64,000 nucleotides of DNA from NCBI GenBank assembly GCA_000091205.1, contig AP006501.2. One strand, given 5' to 3'. Shown piece by piece: positions 1 to 10,167 of the stretch; positions within the stretch are counted from its first letter, which is position 1; each line of letters starts with the position of its first letter. A program made the translations under genes and the position numbers. Origin of the DNA: Cyanidioschyzon merolae. Taxonomy: Eukaryota. A model generated the notes under the pieces. It was given only the letters and a program-made list of their open reading frames with translations, ran no database searches and was not told the DNA's origin.

Positions 1-557
1 GGTTCGGGCGACTCGCCAGTTTCAATACCATGTCGCTGAGGTGCCCATTGTTTTCGTCGATCGAATGTGGTACGGCCAGAGCAAACTCGGCTACCGGGAA
101 ATCGTCGAGTACCTTCTGACGTTGTGGCAACTCGTGTGGCTCGCGTGAACGTCGCCTCTCTGCACTCGAACGTGATGCAGTTGCCGCATGCTGCCCTGGA
201 ATCGAAGCACTGCGAGGCATGCTGGGATACCACATACAGCAGCGCGACGCCTATTCGTGGATTCGTGGACCGTACGGTCATCACTGACGCACCCATGAAG
301 ACTGTACGATTCGGAGTCGGAGCGAGGCCTGGACGTCGCGTTCGTGGACTGCGCTTCGAACGTGACCGATGTAAGCGCGCGCCACCCGGACCGCCACTGC
401 TTGCTGATGAGTTCCCAAGCGGCTCGTGTTCGGCCTTGGTTACGCAAGAGGCAGCCGGCAAGCGATCCTACAGACACGTCGCAGAGGTGAGAGGCTCGCC
501 ACAGCGCTCTCGAGCGTGCACGCCGCCGCCTCCGCCGCCGCCGCGGCCTCCGGAGTT

Positions 558-2123
558 TCAAAGATGCAGCGTATCGTCTTGATCGATACGCTCACGTCCG
601 TATCTTGTGCGCTGCAGCGCCTGGATGAGTGCTGAAAACGTGCTTCCTTGAGAGAGCACCAGTTTCTGCGCTCTTGAACAGGTCGCGAGATCGAAGAGCG
701 TCGATCCCAAGTCGAAAGGCAAATTTCGTAACGTAGCCGGAATCGCCTGCTTCTCGAACAGCTCCGAAGATAGGATCACTTTTGAGGCCAGCTTGGCTGT
801 TACGAGCGCTCGTTGAATAGACCTCGCCTCTGAGCGCGGCATATCTGTGACGAGCATCACCGGTAGACGATTTGTACGCAACGATTCACGCAGTCCAAGC
901 GCGTCCAGAGCCGCTTCCACATCGTGCTGCTTCTTTGCGTTCTGGAATGCCTCGCGGAGGCGCGTGCGAAAAGCACCATCGCCACCGCGGAGGTGCACAC
1001 ATACAAACGCCGGGGATAGATGCCTCCACGAGTGCAACGTACGCCGCAGCAGTGCTTCTGCGATTTGCTCCGCCAGGTAGCCGTAGCGACCCCCGAGTCG
1101 CGGTGACATAAAGTCCAGGCGTCCACCGAAAGCACGCGAAGCAAGCGGCAGCTGCCATCCGCCGGTCCACGGTGCAAGCGTTCCAGCGTAATTCACGAAA
1201 TGAAACACCGAACCGAGGGCAATGACGGGTTCGTCACGGAGTCGTCGTTCGCCGTCGACACCGTTATGTAGCATCTCACAGACGCCATGAATCTGGGGTA
1301 CAGGGGCCTCTACGTGCTGGCGGCTCCGCAGCATCATTCGCCATGTCGCTGCAAAGGCACTGGGTGGTATCCAGTCGGGGGCTCCGGCCTGCTCGGCATC
1401 TGCACAGGTTAGCAGGCCGTGCGGCACATCGATGACAATGCGTACCTCGTGGCAACTGAAAGGCCACGCCCAGGTGCTGCGCTCCGCTTGTTTCATCCAG
1501 TCTCTGGCTTCTACTGCGCCCGCAAGGCTGCACCGCCTACGTTCCCATGCCACTGCCCGAGCGAGTGTTTGCGCTCCATCGACGCGACACGATGGAGACG
1601 CCGGGCCCGCGAACAGGTCCGACAAGTCGAAAATATCCCCGAATGCAATGTAGGTTCCCTTGCGATCCAGGTCCTCCCAGATCCTTCTATTCTGCTTGCG
1701 AAGAAAGGCGGCGCTGGCAACCGGCGCTACTTGCTCGCAAGACCCTAATTTGAGGGCAAAATGAGGCAGCACAGGTGGCACCACCAGTGTCCTATTCAGC
1801 ACCCGAGCAACATCAAACGCCGACACCAACTCCATAAACTGGTTTGCTAGTCCCGAGTGCGGAGCGTACGTCAGGAAACGCGTCGGAACGAAGGGCAGCG
1901 TAGGTTGACTTTGCGGCGCTGGAGTTGGCCCCTTGAGGTGCAGCAGGCCAGCGAGCACGTTTCCCTTCCTCGGTGCCTCCAGTCGAGGTTGCTGCTTCAA
2001 TACCAGAACTAGGCATAGAAAGCAGCCGACGATCGCCCCGAGGCTGTGGAGCAGCCGAGATCGTCGACCGAGACGCTCCCACAGGAGTCGTCGGAAACGC
2101 AGCTGCGTCCGCACTCGAGCCAT
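558..2123 (-). CDS. Type II membrane O-fucosyltransferase-family glycosyltransferase (plant O-FucT / GT65-like)
   Basis: N-terminal TM anchor (AIVGCFLCLVLVL). The motif SGLANQFMELVSAFDVARVLNRTLVVPPV matches the O-FucT family GGLNQQR...ARLLNATLVIP signature. The ORF-maximal start at 2162 is GTG; the first ATG is at 2123. Confidence 0.55.
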   Translation of the reverse strand: MARVRTQLRFRRLLWERLGRRSRLLHSLGAIVGCFLCLVLVLKQQPRLEAPRKGNVLAGLLHLKGPTPAPQSQPTLPFVPTRFLTYAPHSGLANQFMELVSAFDVARVLNRTLVVPPVLPHFALKLGSCEQVAPVASAAFLRKQNRRIWEDLDRKGTYIAFGDIFDLSDLFAGPASPSCRVDGAQTLARAVAWERRRCSLAGAVEARDWMKQAERSTWAWPFSCHEVRIVIDVPHGLLTCADAEQAGAPDWIPPSAFAATWRMMLRSRQHVEAPVPQIHGVCEMLHNGVDGERRLRDEPVIALGSVFHFVNYAGTLAPWTGGWQLPLASRAFGGRLDFMSPRLGGRYGYLAEQIAEALLRRTLHSWRHLSPAFVCVHLRGGDGAFRTRLREAFQNAKKQHDVEAALDALGLRESLRTNRLPVMLVTDMPRSEARSIQRALVTAKLASKVILSSELFEKQAIPATLRNLPFDLGSTLFDLATCSRAQKLVLSQGSTFSALIQALQRTRYGRERIDQDDTLHL

Positions 2124-3401
2124 GTGCAGGAGAAAACAAATGCTAGGCTCAACGACTTGCACGGCGGCGACTCGTCCAGTTTCGTGAGCGGTTAACCAGT
2201 TGCTGTTGCTGTTGTTGCTGTTGGCTCGGGGACTGCAAGTCGACGCTTTTATGGATATTTCAGAGTTGACCTGGGTATGATGGGCACAAAAGCGCTTGCC
2301 CGTGCAAGACCTGGCATCGGTGGAAGGCTCGATACCTGTCGCCTCGCACAGCGGAGCCGCTGCTCCTCGGGCGACGATCGCTTGGTGGCCTTTCCCGCTT
2401 TGGTGACAGCTGCAGAACGTTATGGAGAGAGGTTACATGGGAATCGCGGGCGACGGCGGTGGCGGCTTGTTGTTGTTGCTGCTGCTGCTGCTGCTGTTCA
2501 CGAGCAGTGCATACACGCCTGGCACCAGCGCGTTGGCGTTACAGTTGTCATCGCCCGCGGAGCTGCGTTCACTTTGAAGTAACCGCTGGTCCTGTTGTTG
2601 CTGTTCTCGAGGCACATCATCGGCTGGTGACCTGCCCAATCCGACCGGTGCCGTCGCTGGAAGGGTAAGAGTCAGCGACGTGGAGCGCTGATGGTGCCTC
2701 GCGAAACGCTAGCCAGCAGCGCACGTGCTGCGTTTGTGCCTGGCAGGATCGTTTTCATGACGTATGATGAAGCAGTTGTCGCTGCTTCTAGGAAGGTGGA
2801 TGCCTGCGTGCAGCTTCGCAGCTCGAGCACACTTGTTCGCCACAGACGACAAGCCGTTCGCACCAGGGATGACGCGTTGTCGCTGGTGCCTGTTGCAAAG
2901 CGTCGGTACACGTGCAACTGCTGATCGTGCTTTCGAAACTCGTTTGATGAAGGTTCTGGGTATTGCGGTGAAAAAAACACCCGAGTTCGATGCTACATCT
3001 TGAAACGACTGCATACTTGTTGTCGTCGACATGAAGCTGATGCGTGAATACAAGTACGCGACCCAAGCAGTTGCCAAAGCCGGAGCACCTGATCGAAAGC
3101 ATTCGCTTCCGCGTTGCAAGTCTGCAAGATGGACACGCGAATGGGTCTTGTTGGACTCGAAGCTCGCGTCGTCCATGACGGTGCGTAAACAGCGGGAGCT
3201 CAGGGCGCTTGTCAAGCTCGTCGATGGACGCACTTAGAGACTGCTGCACTCCGAGCAGCGTGCAAGCAGGATGTATGGAGCCTTGCGTCTTGGTTATATA
3301 GAGACGGGTGTGTGTGTGTGTGTGACGCCTTGCATGCAACAGGCAGGTAGCGAGCTGGTGTATAGCAGGTTCTCGCGGTCCAGTTACGCGTTCGAGTCGC
3401 T

Positions 3402-6400
3402 TTACAGATACAGACGAATTCGCGATGTGATGGTCACTCGACACATGGGACACTCCGAGAGTTGCTCTGCGCATGGTTGACAAGTACAGTGTCCACAATT
3501 GTAAACAGTCCATTGAACGCATGGACCAGAATCAGCACACACGGCACATTCAGGTTCCATGTGTGCTCGAGTGTTATCGGCTTCGATGCTATGCGTCGAA
3601 CGCATGATGTCGGACTCGTCTAGCACCAGAACGCTGTCTGCCGCGGAGCGTGAACTATCAAACGGTGCCGAAGGGGCAGCAGATATCTCGGAATAAATGT
3701 CGCTACTGCTGCTTGCCCTCGAGTGGTGGAGGAGGCGGGAATCCTCGTCCTGGTCGGCACCTTCGGTATCCAGCGGTGGTGCACTTGCAGTTGCAGTAGA
3801 GCGCACCGGCCACCAGTCTCTGCTCAAGAGCCGGGGTAAAAACGCTGAACGTCGGTAGCTGGACGGCTGCGCACCGCTCTGGCGAAGCGACGTCGGCAAA
3901 AGCGTATCACCGTCGTCACCAGATAGCGCCGTCAGCTGGTTATCGAGCGATACCTCATTCGCGGCGGCAGGAGCGCAAATCGATGATGACGATGACGACG
4001 TCGACGGCGACAAGTGCTGGTGCGCAGCGCTTGCGGTTCTCGTGCTCGCCGAGGTGAGCACAGTCGCGGTGATACCATAACCATCAACACCACCACCAGT
4101 TACTTCCACATGAGATGATGTTTCCATCGAGTCGCCACCGCTCTGTGACGTGCTCGCGTTGGTGATTTGGGAGAACAGCGCACTGTTGTTGCTCGGCGGC
4201 GCAGGTGCGTCATCAGCAAGTTGTTGTTGCATCACAAGCGGATCGCTCTCAGCAGACCTGTTGTACCTGAATTCCACCATTGAGTCCCGATAAATCGGTG
4301 CTGTACTGAGCGAGGTCATGCTGGACCCTGTCGAGCTGGTGCCCCGCGCAGCCGACGGGGTGCGTTTGCGCAACAGCGGCGGCTGTGTGCTCGACGAGGT
4401 GCCTGCGTTAGCCTCGAACACGCCTTCGAACGTCCGATCCCCAAGATGAATGCTCCGCTCGTAGGCAAACGAGTTGCCGGTTTTCGTATCGGGCGTCGTC
4501 GCGTCCATGTTCTTGTACACATGAGAAGCCGATGCCGTCGGCTTCGACGTTTCTCCCGCTGAAACACCGTCGACGACGCCCATGCGAGCGCTGTATGCCG
4601 CGGCAAGTCGATGATTAGGTTCCCCAGCCAGCGCTGGAAATGCATTCTCGCAACCCGCTTGCCGGGCCTGACGCGTCCCCAACAACGAGGTCAGCACAAG
4701 GTGCGCCTGCGTCTGGCCGGTTTCGCGGGCGATATCCAGCGGGGTCGCCCCGCGGCTGTCGCGAGCGTATACCAGATCGCCTCGGGGAGCACCGAGCTCC
4801 ACAAGCGCCCGTAGCACGCTTTCCTGGGCGCCAGCTGCCGCTGCGACATGAAGTGGCGTCCGTCGGCGTCGATCACGAGCCCAGGGGTTGCTGCCTGCTC
4901 GTAGCAGCGCGAGGACAGTTGCGGCACCTGCATCCTGCTGCGCCAGCGCACAAGCGTAGTGCAGCGGCGTCTCGCCTCGGGTACCAAGGCCAATGGTGGC
5001 CGTTTCGAGCGCGAGCGCCCCTTGTTGACCGCCCCCAACAGCTTGTACAAACGCCTCGACGCCCTCGGCGTTTGCAAGCGCTGCAGCGGTATGCAGCGGC
5101 GTTCCGCCGTCAAGCTTGCGCCGGATATTCACATCAATACCCAGTGACACCAGACGACGAATGCAGACAACTGTGGCAAGGAAGTGACGATCCGGGCTCT
5201 CGTCGAGAACGCCGCTCAGCACTGCAAGTGAGCGGAGCTGCGCCTCGACAAGCGCCGCTCCAGGCGGCCGCACAAGGGCCGTGTTATTGGTGCTGGTATT
5301 GGTATTGGGATTGTTCGCGATGCTAGACTCCCACCAGCGCGTCGCCAGATGATGCATCAGTTTCCGCCCGATCACGAGGCGGCGCTGATCTTGAGGCAAG
5401 CGGGCTCCAAGCTGGAGAAGCCACAAGGCGAGGTCATAACGCTTTGCTGAAAACGCGATGGTTAGCGCAGTTTCACCGCTGTGGCTCGCCTGATCGATGA
5501 GCTTCGTTGGTGACAATGAAACCAGCAGGTTGCAGATGTCGGCGCGATTGCAGGTCGCTGCTGTATGCAGAGCGGTACGACCGGCACAGTCTTGCTGGAA
5601 CGGTGAGACGCCCGCCTCGGTCACGAGCCATAAAACGATGTCCGAATGCCCATACCGAGCAGCAACGTGCAGCACAGACGTGCCGTCGTGACGCGCGATG
5701 CTAGGCTTCGTCTTGCCCTCTTCGACCAGGAGACGCAACGCGACGAGGTGGCCAAACTTTGCCGCTGCATGCAGGGGCGTCCATCCTTCACCATTTGCGG
5801 CGCTTGGATCAGCACCATGCTGTAAAAGAAGTCGAATCATCTCGATGGAACCCTGCTCAGCAGCAATGTGCAACGGCGTCCATCCGCGGCGGGCACGAAC
5901 GTGTTGTGGACGGATTTTGCCCACTTCCAGAAGCAACCCGACAATCCCCAGCTGGTTTCCAGACACCGCAACCATGAGCGGCGTCCAGTCGTTGTGGTCA
6001 CGAGCGCGCGGGTCCGCGCCCGCTGCAAGCAGCATCCGACAGACCGCTTCGTGCCCGTTCCACGCCGCGATAAACAGCGGCGTCCAGCCGATGCTCGTGC
6101 GGCAGTTCACATCGGGCGGCGGTGCCGACTGATTGCGCTGCTCTGGGGAACGATATCGCAGCATCGCACGCAAGGTCGCAATGTGATCATTTTGCGCTGC
6201 TAAATAGAGTGCCGACGGGATGGCTCTTTCGCTTTCATCGAGCGTTGTGCTGGGTACGTCTCCTCTGCGCACTAGGCTAGGAATCATGCCAGACCTTCGC
6301 GAATTGTCGGTCGGCCCCGTCGTCACAGCGAGCTCTTTCCAAGCACCGAACTCGAGCAGCAGCTCCACAGCAAGCGTGTTACCGAAATATGCTGCCTGCT

Positions 6401-6911
6401 TGAGCGCGGTCCAGCCCGTCCTGGCTTTGTCTGCGCCCGGTTCGTTTCGATCCCATTCTCTGGTGAACGCTTCTAGGTTATCTCGAATCCAGCTGCGCAG
6501 CTCGGCGGCATCGGCAGGGCTGCTCGCTCGCTGCAATAAACCAGTCCAGCGGGGCGGTGCTTTGAGGGCGCTGCCCTCACCAGATGAAGGTTTGCGCAAG
6601 TCGTCACATGTCGAGGAGTGTTCCGCATCAGCAGCGTCATTCCTGCCATTTGAAGAGGCTCTATGCACGCCCTCGACCCGCAGACGTTGATCTTCACGTG
6701 TCTGGCGCCAGTTCGAAGGCTGCTGCGTCCGATCTGGTTGGGTTCGGTGCCACCAACGGAGACCCTGCGTGCGAAGAGGCTCCGCCCGCGAGTCCCGTCT
6801 CAGCGTTCCAGCACGCGGTCTTCGCGAGAGACCCTGCTCGGTGCGAGGCACCTCGGAGTCCGCTTCGTCTGTTGGCGCAAGAAGCTCGCGCCAGCGCAAA
6901 CAACGAAACAT
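3402..6911 (-). CDS. Ankyrin-repeat protein with C-terminal C3HC4 RING finger (putative E3 ubiquitin ligase)
   Basis: Multiple ANK repeats (GWTPLHIAA, GADPSAANGEGWTPLHAAAKFGH, TALHTAATCNRADICNLLV and others). A long Ser/Thr-rich linker follows. The C-terminal RING is CAVCADS...CGHCTCQPCAEQLSECPMCR. The first ATG is at 6911; the ORF-maximal start at 6935 is TTG. Confidence 0.75.
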   Translation of the reverse strand: MFRCLRWRELLAPTDEADSEVPRTEQGLSRRPRAGTLRRDSRAEPLRTQGLRWWHRTQPDRTQQPSNWRQTREDQRLRVEGVHRASSNGRNDAADAEHSSTCDDLRKPSSGEGSALKAPPRWTGLLQRASSPADAAELRSWIRDNLEAFTREWDRNEPGADKARTGWTALKQAAYFGNTLAVELLLEFGAWKELAVTTGPTDNSRRSGMIPSLVRRGDVPSTTLDESERAIPSALYLAAQNDHIATLRAMLRYRSPEQRNQSAPPPDVNCRTSIGWTPLFIAAWNGHEAVCRMLLAAGADPRARDHNDWTPLMVAVSGNQLGIVGLLLEVGKIRPQHVRARRGWTPLHIAAEQGSIEMIRLLLQHGADPSAANGEGWTPLHAAAKFGHLVALRLLVEEGKTKPSIARHDGTSVLHVAARYGHSDIVLWLVTEAGVSPFQQDCAGRTALHTAATCNRADICNLLVSLSPTKLIDQASHSGETALTIAFSAKRYDLALWLLQLGARLPQDQRRLVIGRKLMHHLATRWWESSIANNPNTNTSTNNTALVRPPGAALVEAQLRSLAVLSGVLDESPDRHFLATVVCIRRLVSLGIDVNIRRKLDGGTPLHTAAALANAEGVEAFVQAVGGGQQGALALETATIGLGTRGETPLHYACALAQQDAGAATVLALLRAGSNPWARDRRRRTPLHVAAAAGAQESVLRALVELGAPRGDLVYARDSRGATPLDIARETGQTQAHLVLTSLLGTRQARQAGCENAFPALAGEPNHRLAAAYSARMGVVDGVSAGETSKPTASASHVYKNMDATTPDTKTGNSFAYERSIHLGDRTFEGVFEANAGTSSSTQPPLLRKRTPSAARGTSSTGSSMTSLSTAPIYRDSMVEFRYNRSAESDPLVMQQQLADDAPAPPSNNSALFSQITNASTSQSGGDSMETSSHVEVTGGGVDGYGITATVLTSASTRTASAAHQHLSPSTSSSSSSICAPAAANEVSLDNQLTALSGDDGDTLLPTSLRQSGAQPSSYRRSAFLPRLLSRDWWPVRSTATASAPPLDTEGADQDEDSRLLHHSRASSSSDIYSEISAAPSAPFDSSRSAADSVLVLDESDIMRSTHSIEADNTRAHMEPECAVCADSGPCVQWTVYNCGHCTCQPCAEQLSECPMCRVTITSRIRLYL

Positions 6912-7511
6912 GGCCGGCGACGTGTCAAAGGTCAAGCCTCTGGGGTCAGATGCAGTTCCCCTGTGCAGCTGGACGGAACGTACGCCCTAAAGCACGATTT
7001 TGACGCGTTCAAGCGGTTGCTTTCGACGCTGTGGATACTGGCAACAGCCACGGCAACGCTCGCGCACCGCAAGAGGCAGCCTCCAGCGCCGTCACGCTCC
7101 AGCTCTGAGTCGTGATAGCTCGGTGATGATTACTCGACCGTACTCAACGTGCACAGCGGCCTCCAACTTTGATCGAATCAAACGCCAGGTAGCAATCAGC
7201 GACAACGTCTGGAGGCAACGCACAAACCTGTCGATAACTGCGCTCACCTTTGTGGACTCGACTGAACACCTGAATAACAAACACCAGCTATCAGTCAACG
7301 GCACTTCCCGGACACAAGGTACAAAGTACTCGATAAGCGGCGCCACCGGGTGCCAAGTCCGATTCGAACCTGGATCAATAAATACCAGATAAGAGAGGCA
7401 AAGTTTTTGCAAGCACAACGATCAAAGTGCTCGATAATAATAATGATAACGATGAGAATGATGGGAATGATGGGAATGGACCTCACTGATTGCCTCGGAT
7501 TCGAAACTGGA

Positions 7512-7579
7512 CGCCCGCGGCCGCGCCGCGGGCGGATGACACGCAGCGCGCGCCGCGAGCGTTCCCCCGCGGGGGGAAC
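7512..7579. other. Two adjacent perfect GC hairpins (9-bp stem/5-nt loop at 7512-7534; 8-bp stem/3-nt loop at 7561-7579)
   Basis: cgcccgcgg-ccgcg-ccgcgggcg and gttccccc-gcg-gggggaac, read directly. They lie in an AT-rich intergenic stretch about 130 bp upstream of the 5' end of element copy A. Confidence 0.6.
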
Positions 7580-8228
7580 CCCGGGTGCCGTGCGACGCCC
7601 ACGAAGTGATCTTTTTCGATAACAAGACGTTTATATGGACCATGGATCCTTTGTTGCTGGATCGGTAATGATATTCGAAAGAGCATCGATCGTAGTGATG
7701 CAGATCATTTCCAAGTTCCATTACTTTTACTTCCTTTCCGATATAATGGTCGTTTGTGCGTTTTCGCGTACCGCGAGTACCTGCAGTATGCATCCGCTTT
7801 AGCGCTTATAGCGCAGGTCAGGATACAGCACGGAGACAGAAGGGCTTTTCCGTACCACGAAGGGCGTCGGCTGGAGGTCTAGTTTGCCCGACACGGTGTT
7901 GGAGTCCATGATCATGCTGGGAGCCTGCAAGCTGCGCAGACGGACGCACTGCATGCGGCAGCGTGAATGGATATCGTAGGGGTCCACTACGACCAGGGCG
8001 AAACCTAAACGCAGATTACCTGCTCCTAGTCGCTGAAAGAACAGCGTTGCGAATGAGTTGCGCACATCTCTCCACAGCACCTGCCACTGGTCGGGAGCAC
8101 GAAGCACAAGCTCGGCTGACTCGTCCGGCTCGCGAGACCTTCGGCCTAGAGGGTAAACATTCGACAATATGGTAATCGTTTCCCCCGTTTAACGTATATC
8201 GTAACTGGGGAAATAAATTGGTATTGGA

Positions 8229-10167
8229 TTGCCAGATAGTAGTGAGTTTCGGTTCTTTGTTCGATACAGTGCGGTCGACAGGCGCACCTGGGAGATCTGG
8301 CAGTCACGAGGGAACGAAAGCCACGCAGATTACCGCCTCAACGGTACTCGATACAGAGATAACGGGGATATTTATGCCTGCGGGGCGATTGAGTGCGTCA
8401 CGTACCTGAAGAAACATTTGACCATGAACCCCGAACGTTTCATGATACGCTCCATCTTTGCACTCTACCCAGGTCTCGTTCGCAAAGGGATATGGATTAT
8501 CGTCGATGGCATCTTTAACGATAGTAAGAATGAAGAGAAGATCGAATTCGTCGACGAGAAGGCATCAAGCAGGCGAAGGAATGAGGCTTCTGTAATCTGT
8601 GCGGCTGTTCAAGAGCATCGTGAAGTCTTGGGGCTGGCCAATCCAACAGAAGAGATATCAGAGTTGAAAAACGATGAAGAAAGATACCATCCCCTCATCC
8701 TGTGCTATTTCGTGTTTTTGGACGGAGAACTCGAACGCGAGTCCGAAACGGAGCTGGGCGTGCGGAAAAATGAACTGTCGGAGAGACGAAAGGCTCCGCT
8801 TCTGGGGAACCACGTCAGTGTCGTTCCGTTATACAGCATCAACTCGCACGTTGTGTCTATCAGTTCCAGAGTCCTTCATGGCATTATCAGGGAGATCTGT
8901 TCGGAATTCAGCGTAAGCAGGGAGGAGTTCACCGGCGAAAATCGGGAGACGTACTGGAAGAACATCTTCGATTCCAGACGTCAGAAAGTTAGCAAGCAAA
9001 AGGTATTTACTGGGATGATCGAAACCGATGGGGTAGCCATTTGTGTACACCATCGACACTTGAAGGTGGATCGTTCTATTATGTCTTCGGCTTCGCCCGT
9101 GACGACGAATGAAGATGAGAAGGGGGCGGGTCCTGCGACGCAGAAAGTGCATAAAAACGACTTTGTCGTTGGTGCGGCGAAGCATGAAGATGAGAAGGAG
9201 GCGGCTCCTGCGACGCAGAAAGTGCATAAAAACGAGTTTGTCGTTGGCGTGGACCCTGGGACTACGAATATCATAACCATCGCAGAATCCAAGCGTGCAG
9301 AAGATGGTATTTACGGCAACCTACGTCAGAAAGACATGCGTCTGTTGAGGTTCTCGAGAGCGAGATAGTATCGAGAATCGGGAAACATGAATGCGAGGAA
9401 GAAAATTGCTGCATGGAATGCAGGAATGAAGGAGCACCTGGAAGCTATGAGCAAGGTGACGAGCCGCGGAGCGGACTTTGACGCTTTTCGGGAGTTCATG
9501 GAAGTTCGCATTGCGCATTGGGATGCGCTGTGGGAGGAGTATACAAAGCCCCGGTGGGCTCGTTTGCGTATGAACCTGTACTGCGGGAGGCAGCGTGCAT
9601 TTGCGAATTTTTTCAATGCGTTGAGCGCCTTGAAGGAGGACGAAAGTCAGAGGCTCGTAGTAGCGTACGGAGCAGGGCGCTGGAAGACCCAAAAAGGGAC
9701 TAGGCCAGCTCCAACGACAAGAACGTACAAGGAATGTGCACGGCGTTTTGCTACGATACCGATCGATGAGTTCCGAACATGGTATACACACCATGAACTG
9801 GGGCGTACAATTCAGAGGGTCAAGATGGAAACGTGTCAGCGGAGCCCTGAGGATATAGCAAAGTACGGACCGCTGACGGAGGAGCAAATGGAAAGGCGAG
9901 CGAAAGTGCGAGGGCTACTTACATCAGTAAGTACAACCAACGACGGCAAGAAACGTATGGAGTTTGGGAATCGTGAATTTTAACTCCGCTATCAATATAA
10001 AGAGATGTGCGGTGATGGAAACAAGACCTCCGGCGTTGACACGAAGGAGTTTTGTGGGACAACCTCTCAAAGTGGAACTATATGAGAAAAAATTGAAGCC
10101 AATTGTAGGTAGCCAATCCAAAAAAGCGGGGAGGCGTCTGCACCTCAGTTGGAGACGTTTTATCTGA
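8229..10167 (+). pseudogene. TnpB/Fanzor-like RuvC nuclease gene, disrupted (in-frame TAG at 9366-9368, frameshift near 9975)
   Basis: RuvC-I-like motif [15 protein letters not shown] in ORF 8229-9368. RuvC-III-like motif NREFNSAINIKRCAVME spans the 9387-9983 and 9964-10167 ORFs. A degenerate zinc-finger region lies between them. The overall order matches TnpB. Confidence 0.65.
9111..9260 (+). repeat. Tandem 75-bp duplication (2 units) immediately preceding and including the RuvC-I strand
   Basis: The units are gaagatgagaagg(g/a)ggcgg..cctgcgacgcagaaagtgcataaaaacga(c/g)tttgtcgttgg.. repeated. Translated, they are [25 protein letters not shown] and [25 protein letters not shown]. The same duplication is present in copy B at about 42583-42732. 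Confidence 0.7.

Noticed and set aside
4640-5326. Numerous antisense or overlapping ORFs inside the large genes (for example 4640-5326 plus inside the ankyrin gene, 857-1177, 21372-21779, 36099-36764)
   Set aside because: These are a GC-rich codon-bias artefact. They lie opposite genes with strong homology-type motifs and are Arg/Ala/Pro-rich.
7340-7380. GGTTCGAATC T-loop-like motif (minus strand), possible tRNA
   Set aside because: Flanking bases cannot form a T-stem (ccagg/cggac do not pair) and no acceptor, D or anticodon arms can be built. The upstream sequence is AT-rich and not tRNA-like.
7799-8167. 122-aa minus-strand ORF inside the element 5' module, with a translated counterpart in copy B (40380-40829)
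   Set aside because: The amino-acid similarity is fully accounted for by about 75% nucleotide identity. Copy B's version is broken by a stop. There is no transposase motif (HUH/Y1, DDE, serine recombinase). Not called as a gene.
8229-9983. Interpreting the element as a prokaryotic IS200/IS605 insertion or bacterial contamination
   Set aside because: No TnpA (Y1/HUH) or serine-recombinase partner ORF is present. The flanking genes are eukaryotic (eS1, ARP, TPS-TPP, ankyrin-RING) and no bacterial gene neighbourhood is seen. The composition matches the host. It fits a eukaryotic Fanzor-type element.
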